Source: Okamejei kenojei
Lineage: Eukaryota
Direction: 5' to 3'
Length of the DNA stretch: 64,000 bases
Assembly (NCBI GenBank): GCA_035221665.1
Contig: CM069135.1
Coordinates: 54,994,001-55,058,000 of the forward strand
Position 1 is the first letter of the stretch, and each line of letters opens with the position of its first letter. Shown here piece after piece: positions 61,824 through 64,000 of the stretch. The notes under the pieces are model-generated. The model searched no databases. It was not told where the DNA came from and saw nothing but the letters and a program-made list of their open reading frames with translations. Position numbers and translations under genes: made by a program.

Positions 61824-63175
61824 AACTCCAATACATCCGGTATGCTTGCAGTATGATCAAATATATCTGACTGTAAACAAACATCTCCCATTTCTTAATA
61901 TGAGACACATATAGTTTCTTAGTGCTATCTCTCCAAGCTGCAGTTATGGCATCCATGGTCCTATTCGACAGTCCAAAGCCTTGGAATGGTCTGGTCAGAA
62001 CCTGCAGATCAACAAATTAATATGATCATGTAACGGATGACTTTCTTCTTTTACTGGATGCACCAGCAATTACTGCAGTTGGGGACAGTCATGAATGGCT
62101 GAGTCATCATTCTGAGCACCAATGGGAACCATGGCTCTGTAGTCCAGTCTGGAACCACCAAAATGCCTGAGGCGGAGTCCTGCTCTATTTTGGTGAGACA
62201 CTGCCTAATCAGGCAGAATGGAGAAAGCATAAAAGAAGTACGTCCCCAATGTAGCAAGAATGCATCCACCGCTACTGCTCCTGGACCCGGTTTCCATGAA
62301 ATATATTTAGGCAATTGGTGATTTACCCTGGATGCAACAGATCAATATCTGGCAACCCATAGCGGCTGACAATCATTTTAAAACTTCAGGATTTATTCAT
62401 CCATTCTATGTTGTCGTTGAACTTTCGTGACCTGTTTGCTGCACCACATTGTGTTTACTTGCTAGGTAGATAGCTGAGACCCAGATGTTTCTGGAAATAC
62501 ACCAGTGCCACATGAGGTTAGCCAGATTATCACATGATACTGATATTACTGCCATGGGATTGATATATGGCACAGCTGTGGTATTATCAATCTGGAGTTG
62601 AACATATAAATTATTCATTGTTAAACAATAAACTTTTAATCCATAGAATGCACCCAGCAATTCTAAGTAATTTATACCATGCCTGTGCAGGATCAAATCC
62701 TCTTGCACACTCCATCTACCACCACAGCTAGACTCGCTGTCCATAGCTCCCCATCCGGTAGCACTCACATATGTCTGTAAAAGCACTGAAGGTTGCTGAA
62801 CCAAAATGTTTTTGATAGTTTGTAATTGAGCTATGGCTCTGGTTGGTAACTGCATAGGTCTATCAAAATGACCTGCATGTTCTTTAAGTGCTAGTTCGCT
62901 AGCTTGTTGCAGACTTGGATAGTGCAGTGGTACAAACTGCACTGCAGGGAAAGCTGCCACCAATTTACCAATAACAGTAGCTACTTCCCGGATGGAGGGA
63001 TATTGTTTTTCAGCGAGACTAGTAGAGAGCTCTCTGATCTCCACAGCCTTGGCTGTAGGCAAAGTCACTGACATAGCAACTGAATCATGACAAATCCCAA
63101 ATGAACAATTTTTTAGGATGGCTCTAACTTGGATTTGGTTGGATGGACAAGGAACCCTACCCTTTCAAACAGGTG

Positions 63176-63392
63176 GGTACACAAAAAGCTGGAAAAACTC
63201 AGCGGGTGCAGCAGCATCTAAGGAGTGAAGGAGATAGGCAACGTTTCGGGCCGAAACCCTTCTTCAGACTGATGGGAGGTGGGGGGGGGGGGGGGGGGGA
63301 GAGCGCGAGGAGAAGAAAGGAAAAAGGAGGTGGAGAAGCCAGAGGGCTGAGGGAGAGGTGTGAAGGGGAGGAGACAACAAGGGTTAGGAGGT
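63176..63392 (-). mobile_element. Penelope pLTR/hammerhead fragment inserted in the DIRS element
   Basis: acacaaaaagctggaaaaactcagcgggtgc...gaaacccttcttcagactgatg plus a G/purine-rich tract, matching the reverse complement of about 3200-3390. Confidence 0.8.
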
Positions 63393-63660
63393 TGTGAAAC
63401 TGTCTCCTCCGATTCCTCAGCTGTCTGCTGAGTGTTGCTTATGATTAAATATCATCTAGATAAGCCATTACCATGTGATTCTGGGCCCAAAGTAGCGCCA
63501 GTACTGGTTTCCACTATTTCTTGAATAGCCTCGGAACTGAGGTTAACTCATTGGGTAATGCTTTAAATTGCCCCAGCTGTCCCATCCAGCTAAATTTCAA
63601 ATATCTCCAATACTGATGATGAATTGGTACTGAATAATATGCATCTTTCAGATCGATTTC

Positions 63661-64000
63661 AGGATTACTGCCTGTGCCGCGTGACAGTGAAGTAGAATGA
63701 AAGGAGGTGGAGGCTAAATGCGTGGCTGAGGGACTGGTGCAGTGGGCAGCGATTCAAGATTCTTGATCACTGGGACCTCTTTTGGGGAAGGCATGATCTG
63801 TACGCAGAGGACGGGTTGCACTTGAACCCGAAGGGGACCAATATCCTGGCAGGGAGATTTGCAAAGGCTACTGGGGAGACTTTAAACTAGAAAGGCTGGG
63901 GGGGAGGGACTCAGGTAGAGGGGGCTAGGGGACAGGGTGTGGGGCAAGAGGCAGAGAAGGGAAGCACTCGGACCCAAAATGTAGGCGAGAAAGATGAAAA
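63661..64000 (+). mobile_element. CR1 ORF1 (SGNH esterase) end; element continues beyond the window
   Basis: RFLDHWDLFWGRHDLYAEDGLHLNPKGTNILAGRFAKATGETLN*, homologous to 26434-26844. Confidence 0.85.

Larger units (their letters stand above)
60298..63660 (-). mobile_element. DIRS1-type tyrosine-recombinase retrotransposon (RT, RNase H, methyltransferase-like, YR), degenerate and 5'-interrupted
   Basis: RT HMVMAYLDD near 63450-63478; RNase H INYLELL..LQIDNTTAV (62406-63074); MT-like AVDAFLLHW..ILVVPDWTTEPWFP (62051-62314); YR FKSHSTRAASTSAA (60823-61008). Terminal inverted pair at 60298-60378 and 60512-60592. Confidence 0.9.

Overview
This is vertebrate genomic DNA, AT-rich and repeat-dense. 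The repeat families point to a cartilaginous fish, probably a skate or ray (inference). The only host gene I can support is the 5' end of otoferlin (otof, + strand): coding exon 1 at 4569-4647 and exon 2 at 16182-16240, which splice to [47 protein letters not shown] did not find exon 3, so the rest of the window is probably intron 2. Nearly all other ORFs are transposon remnants or noise: many CR1 LINEs, Penelope-like elements, a Rex1/Babar LINE, a probable RTE-X LINE, a DIRS tyrosine-recombinase retrotransposon, tRNA-type SINEs and DNA-transposon MITEs. The most notable observation is two ribozyme-bearing short retroposon families. (1) A ~140-bp element starts at G1 of a 54-nt minimal HDV-like ribozyme fold and ends in a stem-loop plus (AAG)n tail; there are 2 full copies and 1 truncated copy, all with target-site duplications (TSDs). 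(2) Penelope-derived minimal hammerhead units occur as 90-bp monomers or as head-to-head palindromes with long TSDs. All calls were made by eye, and many repeat boundaries are approximate.
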